Assembly: GCA_963812695.1 (NCBI GenBank)
Contig: CAWEWD010000006.1
Coordinates: forward strand, 16,555 to 80,554
Length of the DNA stretch: 64,000 bases
Origin: an uncultured Actinomycetes bacterium
GTDB lineage: Bacteria; Actinomycetota; Thermoleophilia; Gaiellales; Gaiellaceae
Reading direction: 5' to 3'
In this document: one piece after another, positions 9,108-17,365 of the stretch
Layout of the letters: each line of letters starts with the position of its first letter
How positions within the stretch are numbered: position 1 is the first letter of the stretch
Notes under the pieces: generated by a model
The model's database searches: none
What the model was told of the DNA's origin: nothing
What the model saw: the letters and a program-made list of their open reading frames with translations, nothing else
Position numbers and translations under genes: made by a program

Positions 9108-10466
9108 ATGGCCGCGCCCGTTCGACTGGACGACGAGCTCGACCTCAGGATCGAGTCGCTCGCCTACGGCGGGAACGGCGTCGCGCGTCTGAACGGCTTC
9201 GTCGTCTTCGTCCGCAGCGGTCTGCCGGGCGACATCGTTCGCGCACGCGTGACCCGCGTGAAGCGCAACCACGCGGAAGCACTCGCACTCGAGGTCGTCG
9301 AGGCGGGAGCGCCGCGGGTCGACGCGCCCTGCGAGCACTACCCGGCCTGCGGAGGCTGCCGGTTCCAGGACCTCGCGTACGAGGCGCAGCTCGAAGCGAA
9401 GGCGGCGCAGGTCGACGAGGCGCTCCGCAGGATCGGCAGAGTCGAGGACCCGCCGCTCGAGCCGATCGTCCCGGCCGAGCCGTTCCACTACCGGAACAAG
9501 ATGGAGTACTCGTTCACGACGACGCCGGACGGTCCTGCGCTCGGCTTGCACCGCGCCGGCCGCTGGGACGAGGTGCTGGACATACGCAAGTGCTGGCTCA
9601 CGACCGACCTCGGAGACGCGATCCGAGAAGCCGTGCGTGACTGGGCGCGCGCGGAGCGCCTCGAGGCGTACGACCAGGCCGAGCACACGGGCTTCCTGCG
9701 CCACCTCGTCGTCCGCGAAGGGCGGAACACGGGACAGGCGCTCGTCCAACTCGTGACCGCCCCGGGCTTGCTCGACGTGGACAGCTTCGTCGCCGTGCTC
9801 GAGCGCTTCCCCGAGGTGCGGTCGATCCACTGGTCGGTCAACGACCGGCCCGCCGAGGTGACGAACCTCCCGACGCAGCTCCTGCACGGCGCCGACGCGA
9901 TCGAAGAGGAGCTCTGCGGGCTGCGGTTCCGGGTGCGTCCGAACGCCTTTCTCCAGACGAACACGGCGATGGCCGAGCGCCTGTACGAGCTCGCCCGCGA
10001 GTTCGCAGCCCTGACGGGCGAGGAGAGCGTCTACGACCTCTACTGCGGCATCGGGACGATCGGGCTCACGCTGGCCCGCGACGCGCTGACCGTGTGGGGG
10101 ATCGAAGTGTCCGAGGAGTCGGTTGCGTGCGCGCTCGAGAACGCGGACCTGAACGGGATCACGAACGCGGCGTTCTACGCGGGCGAGGTGGGGGAGGCGA
10201 TCAACGACCTGAGAGAGCGCGCCGGTGCTCCTGACGTCGCGGTCGTCGACCCGCCGCGGGCCGGGCTCTCGGGCAAGGCGCTGCGCCGTCTCGCGCGCCT
10301 CGAGCCGCAGCGCATCGTCTACGTCTCGTGCAACCCGACGACGCTGGCCGGAAACGTGAAGGAGCTCGAAGCCGAGTGGGGCTACCGCCTCGTGCGCGCA
10401 CGGCCCGTGGACATGTTCCCGCACACGCCGCACATCGAGACGGTCGCTCTGCTGGAGCGCGCCTAG
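9108..10466 (+). CDS. 23S rRNA (uracil-5)-methyltransferase, RumA/RlmD family (TRAM + Fe-S + SAM MTase)
   Basis: 452 aa. TRAM-like N-terminus, Cys cluster CEHYPACGGCRFQ, SAM motif DLYCGIGTIG, catalytic VSCNP. Confidence 0.85.
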   Translation: MAAPVRLDDELDLRIESLAYGGNGVARLNGFVVFVRSGLPGDIVRARVTRVKRNHAEALALEVVEAGAPRVDAPCEHYPACGGCRFQDLAYEAQLEAKAAQVDEALRRIGRVEDPPLEPIVPAEPFHYRNKMEYSFTTTPDGPALGLHRAGRWDEVLDIRKCWLTTDLGDAIREAVRDWARAERLEAYDQAEHTGFLRHLVVREGRNTGQALVQLVTAPGLLDVDSFVAVLERFPEVRSIHWSVNDRPAEVTNLPTQLLHGADAIEEELCGLRFRVRPNAFLQTNTAMAERLYELAREFAALTGEESVYDLYCGIGTIGLTLARDALTVWGIEVSEESVACALENADLNGITNAAFYAGEVGEAINDLRERAGAPDVAVVDPPRAGLSGKALRRLARLEPQRIVYVSCNPTTLAGNVKELEAEWGYRLVRARPVDMFPHTPHIETVALLERA

Positions 10467-11222
10467 CCGGCCTCGCCGCGCTCGGAGCGCAAAGACCCCC
10501 AGGCGTCCTCCGACCGAAGCTTGCGCCAGAGCAGGTCGGCGTTCGGCGCGAGGAAGCCGAGCGCGAGCAGCGGCAGGGCGGGAAGTCCCGCGACGTCCCG
10601 GTGGATGACCCGCGGTAACGCGGCCGTGAGCGCCAGCGTCGTGCCGAAGGAGAGCGTCATCGCGGCCCAGGTGAGCCGCGTGCGCAGCCCCCAGCGGTCG
10701 GCCGCGCCGAGGAAGAGGGCGAAGAAGAGAAGATCGGGCAAGGCCGAGTTGCGCGGTGTTCGCCTCGCCCGGGACCGGGAATGCGAACGAGAAGGTCGTG
10801 AACAGCTCTCGCTGGTGCGTGACGATGTGCTTCGTCGGCCCGCGCCAGACCGAGGCCGCGTCCACCCAGGGCACGATCAGCGCGACGACCACCACCCACG
10901 CGGCCGTCTCGAAGAAGCCGAGGAACCACCACGCGAGCAGCGTGACCGCGGCCAGCTTCGCGAAGTTCGCGAGCACGTCGAGCCCGACGATCTGCAGTAC
11001 CGCGGCCAACAGGGCGACGCCGATCCCGGCCGGAAGCAGCCAGCGTGCGGTCCGCAGCGGCAGCGCGAAGTAGACGAGCGCGAACACCGGCGGGATGACG
11101 AGCAGCGAGATGATCGCGATGTCCCACCAGAGACTGAAGGTCGGCAGCGACTCCGCCAAGGCGTAGTACGCCCCGAGGTAGATCGCAAGGAGTAGTAGGG
11201 CGGCGGCTCGGCGTGCGCTCAA
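10463..11222 (-). CDS. Polytopic membrane protein with presenilin/SPP-like motifs; frame interrupted near 10739
   Basis: TTG 11222 overlaps the upstream stop (TTGA). Several TM helices. PWVDAASVW ... TKHIV ... AQLGL|PDLLFFALF ... AGLPALPLLALG. Confidence 0.6.
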
Positions 11223-11807
11223 TAGGGCGGTAACTCTGCCCACCACGGACCCAAAGCTTTGAACGCGTTCCAGAACTCCGTCTTCGCCGGCTGCTCGTCG
11301 AGCGACGCGTCGATGTCCGGCACGTACGAGCACCTGCACGGTCGGCGTCCAGTCCTGGAGCACGCCCAGCTCGGGCTCGAGGTCGGCCGCGAGCGGGAAC
11401 TCGAGCGCGTTCAGGAACCCGAGCGCGTCCTCGCCCATGACGACGACGAGCTTCGGCTGGACGATGTGCAGCTCGCGCACGAGGAACGGGCGAGCCTCGT
11501 CCGCGGGCTCGTCGGCGAACTTCAGGCAGTTCGTCCCGTAGACCGAGAGCGGGTCGACGTTCAGGCGCTGAAGCGACTTGAGGATCGCCTGGCCCGTGCG
11601 TCCGAAGAACGCGACGCCCTCCTGGACCTCCGCTGCCTGCGGGCGGTGCTTGAGGAGCATCACGTCCGCGCGGGGATGCCCGGATCCGAGCACGGGCACT
11701 CGCTCGCCGTTTCCGGCGGCGGCGATCTCGTGCCCGAGGTCGTTGATCTCGGCGATCGCCTTCTTGAGGTACTTCTCGTAGATCTCATCGGTCGACACAG
11801 AGGTCAC
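11219..11807 (-). CDS. Uracil-DNA glycosylase superfamily protein (family 4-like, divergent motif A); frame interrupted near 11325
   Basis: VPVLGSGHPRADVMLL...FFGRTGQAILKSL...YGTNCLKF. The C-terminus VPDIDASLDEQPAKTEFWNAFKALGPWWAELPPY lies in the +1 frame and stops at 11219. Start is GTG 11807 or 11798 (the longest ORF starts at 11864). Confidence 0.65.
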
Positions 11808-11830
11808 AGCGGCACGTTTCCAGTTCTCGG

Positions 11831-13561
11831 CTAGCGAACTCTTTCCTTGACCTGCGCTACCCACTTCAGCGACTGCAGGTAGGCGAGTGACTTCGGTCGC
11901 CGCAGGATCTCGGCCGTCCGCAGGCTGAGCAGGAACTCGTCCGGGCCCTCGAACGCGCGCATCCGCAGGCCGCCCGTTGCGAGCCCCTGCAGGACGTGCG
12001 CGTCGGAGCCGGCGCCCATCGTCAGGTTGTACTTGCGGGCGAAGCGGAGCGCCTCGTCGTTATACGCCTCGAAGAGCAGGCGCGCGTTGTAGACCTCGAA
12101 CACGTCCACGTCGCCGAGGTTGCGGTGCAGCGTCGCCGGGTTCGGGATCGAGTGCATGCGGTCGAACGGGTGTGGGAGATAGACGAGCCCGCCCTGGGCC
12201 TTGATCGCAGCGATCGTGTCCCCGAACGACATGCCTCGTGGGATCTCCTCCTTGAGGAAGAGACCGATCACCTCGCCCTGGCCGTCGGTCTTGATCTCCT
12301 CGCCCGGGATCACGATCAGGTCGCGCCCCCGGGCGAGCTCCACGGCCTCGAGGGCGCCGCCGAAGACGTTGTGGTCGGTGACCGCGATCGCTCCGAGGCC
12401 GGTGTTCTCTGCGTGGTCGAGCAGATCTTCGACCTCGACGGAGCAGTCGGCGGACCACGACGTGTGCAGGTGCAGGTCGGCGAGGATCCAGTCCCGGTCC
12501 GCAAGCGGGTCGGGTGGCCTGGGCGTTCGCCGCCGCTTGCCGAGACTCTCGTACAGCTCCTCGAGCTCGGCGCCGACGTCGTCGAACGTCTTGCCCGCGA
12601 CTCCGCGCCTCGCCTCCTCCGAGAGCTGCTTGCGGAGCGGCTCGTTCTCGGCGAAGCGGGCAAGCGCGGCCGCTACGAGCTCGGGTTGCTCCTGCACGCC
12701 GGGGGGAGAGGCGATCGCCGCTCCGGCCGCGGCCGCCTCGAGCGAGACGCGCGACAGACCGTCGAGCGCCGGCACGAAGATTGCGGTCTCGGCCAGGATC
12801 GGCGCTCTGCTCTTCCCGTCGCGGGCCGTCCGCACGCGAGCGCGTCCGCGGAGCTTCGCCGGGACCGCGGGCCGTCCGGCCAGCTTCTTCGTGCGCAGGT
12901 AGACGAGCTCCCAGTCGGGGAGCTCGCCCAGGGCGCGCTGCACCGCCCGGGCGAGCGGGCGTTCGATTGGGCGCCACTCGAGGACGACGAGCTGCCGCTT
13001 CGTTCCCGGAGTGAAGAGCCCGGTGTCGACGCCTTCCGGGACGATCCGGTAGTCGCCGGGGAAACGCTGCGCAGCGGCGTGCGCGGCCTCGGGCGACGAC
13101 GCCACGAGCGCGTCGATCCGGGCGAGCAGCTTCTCGCGCTGCGCTTTCGCGGGCGGGTACCCGAGCCGCTCCGGCGAGAAGAAGCTCGCGACGCTCAGTG
13201 CGCGCCCATCCCGGAGAGCAAGGTACGAAAGGCTCGGCAGGCCGGGCTCGAAGCCGTGGACGACGTCGAACGCTCCGTGGGAGAGCGCTGTGGCCAGGTT
13301 GGCTCGGACGCCGACCGGCAGGCCGATCCTGCTTCGCCGCGAGATCGGCACGGCCGGACCGAGCGCGATCAGCGGCGCCTCGAGCCCGTCACGCAGCGCG
13401 CGGCGTCCCGCCGCGAGATCGGCCGCGCGATTCGAGGGCGCGAGGACGCTGACCGAGTGGCCGCGCTTCCGGAGCGCGTCGGCGATCCCCGCGACGTGCT
13501 CGTTCACGTCGTGCGGCTGAGACCACGAGAAAGGGGTCACCAGGCAGATTCGCAGGGACAC
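11831..13561 (-). CDS. GT4 glycosyltransferase (PimA-like) fused to a C-terminal PHP-domain metal phosphoesterase
   Basis: 576 aa. GT-B N-lobe MSLRICLVTPFSWSQPHDVNEHV, C-lobe SLEAAAAGAAIASPPG. PHP motifs LHLHTSWSADC, VTDHNVFGG, GSDAHV. Confidence 0.85.
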   Translation of the reverse strand: MSLRICLVTPFSWSQPHDVNEHVAGIADALRKRGHSVSVLAPSNRAADLAAGRRALRDGLEAPLIALGPAVPISRRSRIGLPVGVRANLATALSHGAFDVVHGFEPGLPSLSYLALRDGRALSVASFFSPERLGYPPAKAQREKLLARIDALVASSPEAAHAAAQRFPGDYRIVPEGVDTGLFTPGTKRQLVVLEWRPIERPLARAVQRALGELPDWELVYLRTKKLAGRPAVPAKLRGRARVRTARDGKSRAPILAETAIFVPALDGLSRVSLEAAAAGAAIASPPGVQEQPELVAAALARFAENEPLRKQLSEEARRGVAGKTFDDVGAELEELYESLGKRRRTPRPPDPLADRDWILADLHLHTSWSADCSVEVEDLLDHAENTGLGAIAVTDHNVFGGALEAVELARGRDLIVIPGEEIKTDGQGEVIGLFLKEEIPRGMSFGDTIAAIKAQGGLVYLPHPFDRMHSIPNPATLHRNLGDVDVFEVYNARLLFEAYNDEALRFARKYNLTMGAGSDAHVLQGLATGGLRMRAFEGPDEFLLSLRTAEILRRPKSLAYLQSLKWVAQVKERVR

Positions 13562-13624
13562 GACCCACCGAGTGTAGTGCGGTCGCGAGGGCCGGCCCGC
13601 ACCGGCCCCCGCGCGCTTTGCGAA

Positions 13625-15097
13625 CTAGGACTGAGCGGCCGCCTTGGCCTTCGCCTTCTTGCGTCCGTACTTCTTGATGAAGCTCTCGACGGCGTCCCGC
13701 GCCTCGTCGTCCGGGAGCTGCTTCGGCGGCGACTTCATCAGGTAGGCGCTGGGCCCTTCGAGCGCCCCGCCGACGCCGTTGTCGAGCGCCAGCTTCGCGA
13801 GCCGAACCGCGTCGATCACGATCCCGGCCGAGTTCGGCGAGTCCCACACCTCGAGCTTGAGCTCGACGTTGAGCGGCACGTCGCCGAAGGACGTGCCCTC
13901 CATGCGGATGTACGCCCACTTGCGGTCGGTCAGCCACGGCACGTAGTCGGACGGGCCGACGTGCACGTTGTCCGCGCCGAGGTCGTAGTCGAGCATCGAC
14001 GTGACCGCGTTCGTCTTCGAGATCTTCTTCGACTCGAGACGCTCACGCTCGAGCATGTTCAGGAAGTCGGAGTTCCCGCCGACGTTGAGCTGCATTGTCT
14101 TGTCGAGCTTCACGCCGCGCTCGCGGAAGAGCGTCGTCAGCACGCGGTGCGTGATCGTCGCGCCGACCTGCGACTTGATGTCGTCGCCGACGATCGGAAG
14201 CCCGCGCTCCTCGAACTGGCGCCCGAAGTAGCCGCCCTTGGCGATGAAGACGGGCATGCAGTTCACCATCGCGCAGCCCGCGTTCAGGATCTGCTCCGTG
14301 TACCACTTGGTCGCCTCCTCGGAGCCGACCGGGAGGTAGTTGACGACGACGTCCGTACCCGTCTCCTGGAGGATGTTCACGACGTCGTCCGTGTCGCCGG
14401 GCGCCTTGTCGACGATCTCGGACAGGTACTTGCCGAGCCCGTCGTGCGTCATGCCGCGCGAGACGGTGATGCCGGTCTTCGGGACGTCGGCGAACTTGAT
14501 CGTGTTGTTCGGCTTCGCCCAGATCGCGTCGGCGAGGTCCTTCCCGACCTTCGTCGTCGTGACGTCGAACGCGGCCGTGAACTCCACGTCGCGGACGTGG
14601 TAGCCGCCGAGGTCGACGTGCATGAGGCCGGGGACGAACTCATCCGGCGAGGCGTCCTTGTAGTACTCGACTCCCTGGAGGAGCGAGTTGGCGCAGTTGC
14701 CGACGCCGATGATCGCGACGCGGACCTTCTCGTTCCCACGCGTCTTGCCGTTCTGGCTGCCGTTCTTTGGCATTGGTTCCTTTCTGGGGATGGCTGCGTC
14801 GAGTCGCTCGGTGAGCGAGTCGACGACGACGGTGTTCGTGCTGCTGCTGCGCTCGCGAGCGGCGTCGTCGAGCCTGCGCTTGAGTGCGGGCGGGACGCGC
14901 AGGAGCACGTCGCCGCTCTCACCGGGCGCAGGGCCGCGCCGGCCGCTCGGCGTGAAGTCGACGTCGAACTCGTCGGCGAGGATCGCGACGGCGACATCGT
15001 TGAGAGTGCTGTCCCGGCGCGAGACCTCGCGGCCGAGCCGGCGCTTCAGGGTCTTCGGCATCCGGACGAGGATGCTGGTCTGCTCTCTCTTCGCCAT
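13625..15097 (-). CDS. ino1: myo-Inositol-1-phosphate synthase with an in-frame N-terminal tandem ribbon-helix-helix extension
   Basis: The Ino1 core starts at [38 protein letters not shown] (ATG 14773, preceded by AAAGGAA). 108 more codons run upstream with no stop. Confidence 0.85.
   Translation of the reverse strand: MAKREQTSILVRMPKTLKRRLGREVSRRDSTLNDVAVAILADEFDVDFTPSGRRGPAPGESGDVLLRVPPALKRRLDDAARERSSSTNTVVVDSLTERLDAAIPRKEPMPKNGSQNGKTRGNEKVRVAIIGVGNCANSLLQGVEYYKDASPDEFVPGLMHVDLGGYHVRDVEFTAAFDVTTTKVGKDLADAIWAKPNNTIKFADVPKTGITVSRGMTHDGLGKYLSEIVDKAPGDTDDVVNILQETGTDVVVNYLPVGSEEATKWYTEQILNAGCAMVNCMPVFIAKGGYFGRQFEERGLPIVGDDIKSQVGATITHRVLTTLFRERGVKLDKTMQLNVGGNSDFLNMLERERLESKKISKTNAVTSMLDYDLGADNVHVGPSDYVPWLTDRKWAYIRMEGTSFGDVPLNVELKLEVWDSPNSAGIVIDAVRLAKLALDNGVGGALEGPSAYLMKSPPKQLPDDEARDAVESFIKKYGRKKAKAKAAAQS
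14774..15097 (-). other. Tandem RHH (CopG/Arc/MetJ-like) module encoded in frame with ino1
   Basis: Two repeats fit beta-helix-turn-helix: [36 protein letters not shown] and [36 protein letters not shown]. Confidence 0.6.
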
Positions 15098-15098
15098 T

Positions 15099-15125
15099 CT
15101 GCTAGCAGCGCACTGCTGCTAGCAG
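15099..15125. promoter_or_regulatory. Two perfect 10-bp palindromes CTGCTAGCAG, 17 bp apart, abutting the long ino1 start codon
   Basis: 15099-15108 and 15116-15125 are identical. A third copy, CTGCTAGCAC, lies at 15156-15165. Confidence 0.55.
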
Positions 15126-15129
15126 AGTA

Positions 15130-15711
15130 TCAACCTTGTCGGAGCTGCGAACGAACTGCTAGCACGCGCTGGACGACGGTGATCCACGCCGTCGCGGTCA
15201 GCAGGTAGATCGCCCAGGGCAGCACGCCCCAGGGAGCGAGCACGAGACCGGTCACGATCACGACCACGCGCTCGGCCCGGCTTCCGATCCCCACGTCGCC
15301 CTTCAGTCCGAGCGCCTCCGCGCGCGCGCGGGTGTAGCTGACGAGGAACGAGCCAACGACCGCCGCGAAGGCGAACGCGAGCGCCACGTCGTTCCCGTCA
15401 CGCGAGAAGACGAGCGCGATCGCTCCGAGCATGAACGCCTCGCCGATGCGGTCCGTCGTCGAGTCGAGGAACGCGCCGAACGTCGTCCCCTTGCCGCTCG
15501 ACCGAGCAAGCGCCCCGTCGAGGATGTCGAGCACCGAGCCGACGACGAAGAGCGCGGCCCCGACCCAGAAGCAGAGGATCTCGTTGCGGTACTCGAAGTA
15601 GACGACGACGCTTGCGATCGCGCAGATCGTGACGCCGGCGAACGTGAGCGCGTCGGGTGAGATCCGCGTGCGCGCGAGATGCCCCATCCCACGCGTGGCA
15701 GCACGGCGCAC
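15130..15711 (-). CDS. pgsA: CDP-alcohol phosphatidyltransferase (PIP synthase / PgsA1-like)
   Basis: Motif DILDGALARSSGKGTTFGAFLDSTTDRIGE (D-x2-DG-x2-AR...G-x3-D-x3-D). Start is GTG 15711 or ATG 15687. The longer ORF N-terminus is Arg/Gly-rich. Confidence 0.85.
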   Translation of the reverse strand: MRRAATRGMGHLARTRISPDALTFAGVTICAIASVVVYFEYRNEILCFWVGAALFVVGSVLDILDGALARSSGKGTTFGAFLDSTTDRIGEAFMLGAIALVFSRDGNDVALAFAFAAVVGSFLVSYTRARAEALGLKGDVGIGSRAERVVVIVTGLVLAPWGVLPWAIYLLTATAWITVVQRVLAVRSQLRQG

Positions 15712-15746
15712 ACCCGCCGTATACGCCTCTTTCAGGCCTCCGGCGG

Positions 15747-16505
15747 TCAGGCCGGTGCCGGGCGCACCCGCGCGACGAAGCGCCGCAGGTGCTTGTGGTT
15801 GACGACCGCGGCCGCGATGGTCGCGACGAGGATCCCCGCCACGATGTCGAGCCAGAAGTGGTTGCCGGTCGCCATCACGCAGAACCAGACCCAGAGCGGC
15901 CAGAGCAGCCAGAGCGCCTTCGCCCACTTCGAGCGGACGATGAAGAAGAGCCCGACGCCGATGATCAGCGAGTCAGCGGCGTGGAGGCTGGGCATCGCCG
16001 CGTACGGGTTCGCGTCGGCCCGGACGATCGCGCTGTTGTGGTTGATGCCGAAGTTGGCGAGCGTGTCGACGAAGCCGAGCTCCGGGAACATGCGCGGCGG
16101 AGCGGTCGGCATCAGGACGAAGCCGATCAGCCCGATCACGTTCGCGAGCAGGATCGTGTTGCGCAGCGGGACGAAGTGATCGTTGCGCCGCAGGTAGACC
16201 CAGAGCAGGACGAGCCCGAGGACCGTGAACTGCGAGTGCCAGTACGTCAGCGAGGTCGCTTCGCGCAGCACGTTCGAGGAGGCGACGAAGCTCTGGAGCG
16301 ACAACTCCCAGAGACCGGTGATGCGGTGCTCGAAGTCGGCCACGCGCAAGCCGTTCTGGAATGCCTGGAACGCGTCGCGGTCGGCGACCCCCCGCGTGTA
16401 GCGATATGCGAACAGGAAGCCGAACCAGATCGCCAGCTGGCGGATCAGGTCAAGGGGCCCGTGCGGGAGGATGCGGGCCCGAGCAGCCGTAGCGGCACTG
16501 GACAC
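15747..16505 (-). CDS. PAP2_3 (Aur1/IPC-synthase-like) membrane protein
   Basis: Multi-TM. AMPSLHAADS and GNHFWLDIVAG match the PAP2 C2/C3 motifs. GTG 16505. Confidence 0.75.
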   Translation of the reverse strand: MSSAATAARARILPHGPLDLIRQLAIWFGFLFAYRYTRGVADRDAFQAFQNGLRVADFEHRITGLWELSLQSFVASSNVLREATSLTYWHSQFTVLGLVLLWVYLRRNDHFVPLRNTILLANVIGLIGFVLMPTAPPRMFPELGFVDTLANFGINHNSAIVRADANPYAAMPSLHAADSLIIGVGLFFIVRSKWAKALWLLWPLWVWFCVMATGNHFWLDIVAGILVATIAAAVVNHKHLRRFVARVRPAPA

Positions 16506-16534
16506 GACGTTGCATTTTAGACTCAGGTGCGGGT

Positions 16535-17365
16535 GTGACGGAGTTTTCGCGGAATTCGACCGATCAGTGGAGCGAGGAGCTCCTACGTACGTCGGGGTAC
16601 GAACGAATCGGTTTTGCGGCTGGTTTCGACGCGAATCGGCCCGCGCCACCCGACGTTCTCGTCGAGATCCTGTGCCTGGAAGCGCACGTTGACAGACCGC
16701 GGCTCGTTGTCGATCTCGGGAGCGGAACCGGCCTTTCGACGAGGCTCTGGGCAGGTCGGTCCGACGAGGTCGTCGGTGTCGAGGCGAGCCCCGCGATGCG
16801 CGAGCAGGCCGAGGCTGCGACCTCGGCGGACAACGTGCGCTTCGTTCAGGCGTACGCGCAGGCGACCGGGCTCCCGGACGGCGGGGCCGACATCGTCACG
16901 TGCTCTCAGGCGCTCCACTGGATGGAGCCTGAGCCGACGTTCGCCGAGGCGGCGCGGATTCTCCGGCCGGGCGGCGTGTTCGCGGCGTACGACTACGACT
17001 GGCCGCCGATCGTGAGCTGGGAGGTCGAGGCCGCGTTCGAGGAGCTGCTGCGGCGCGTCCGGGCCGGCCGCGCGCCGGACGGCAGAGGGATGCGCTACGC
17101 GAAGGAGGGGCACCTCGAGCGGATCAAGGCGAGCGGGCACTTCAGGTACGCGCGCGAGATCGTGTTCCACTCCCGCGACCGCGCGGACGCTGCGCGAATC
17201 GTCGGCATGGCGCTCAGCCTCGGGCCGCTGACCGTGCTCCTCAACGACGGCAAGAGCGAGGAAGAGGTCGGGCTCACGGCTCTGCGCGAAGCCGCTGGGC
17301 GGACGTTGGGCGATCGCGAAGCCGAGATTTTCCTCGGCTACCGGATCAGGCTCGGCGTCCGCTAG
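16535..17365 (+). CDS. Class I SAM-dependent methyltransferase
   Basis: Motif I VVDLGSGTGLS; post-I and motif II DIVTCSQALHW; LRPGGVF. Confidence 0.85.
   Translation: MTEFSRNSTDQWSEELLRTSGYERIGFAAGFDANRPAPPDVLVEILCLEAHVDRPRLVVDLGSGTGLSTRLWAGRSDEVVGVEASPAMREQAEAATSADNVRFVQAYAQATGLPDGGADIVTCSQALHWMEPEPTFAEAARILRPGGVFAAYDYDWPPIVSWEVEAAFEELLRRVRAGRAPDGRGMRYAKEGHLERIKASGHFRYAREIVFHSRDRADAARIVGMALSLGPLTVLLNDGKSEEEVGLTALREAAGRTLGDREAEIFLGYRIRLGVR

Noticed and set aside
8460-11864. 1134-aa minus-strand ORF
   Set aside because: It is a chimera. Only the segments 11864 to about 11325 (UDG) and 11222 to about 10740 (membrane protein) look coding. The rest is antisense to the rRNA methyltransferase gene or out of frame through the GNAT gene.
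11996-15208. 1070-aa plus-strand ORF spanning the GT4-PHP, ino1 and pgsA region
   Set aside because: It is antisense to three well-supported genes. The sequence is Arg/Asp/Glu/Leu/Val-rich with no recognisable domain, the typical stop-poor antisense frame of high-GC DNA. The same applies to 37081-38775, 58318-59991, 24860-26305, 46358-47701, 41435-43039 and 50304-51875.
17362-17365. Shared palindromic stop CTAG for the convergent methyltransferase and moaA genes
   Set aside because: It is real in the sequence, but it is a trivial consequence of TAG on both strands with no evident function.
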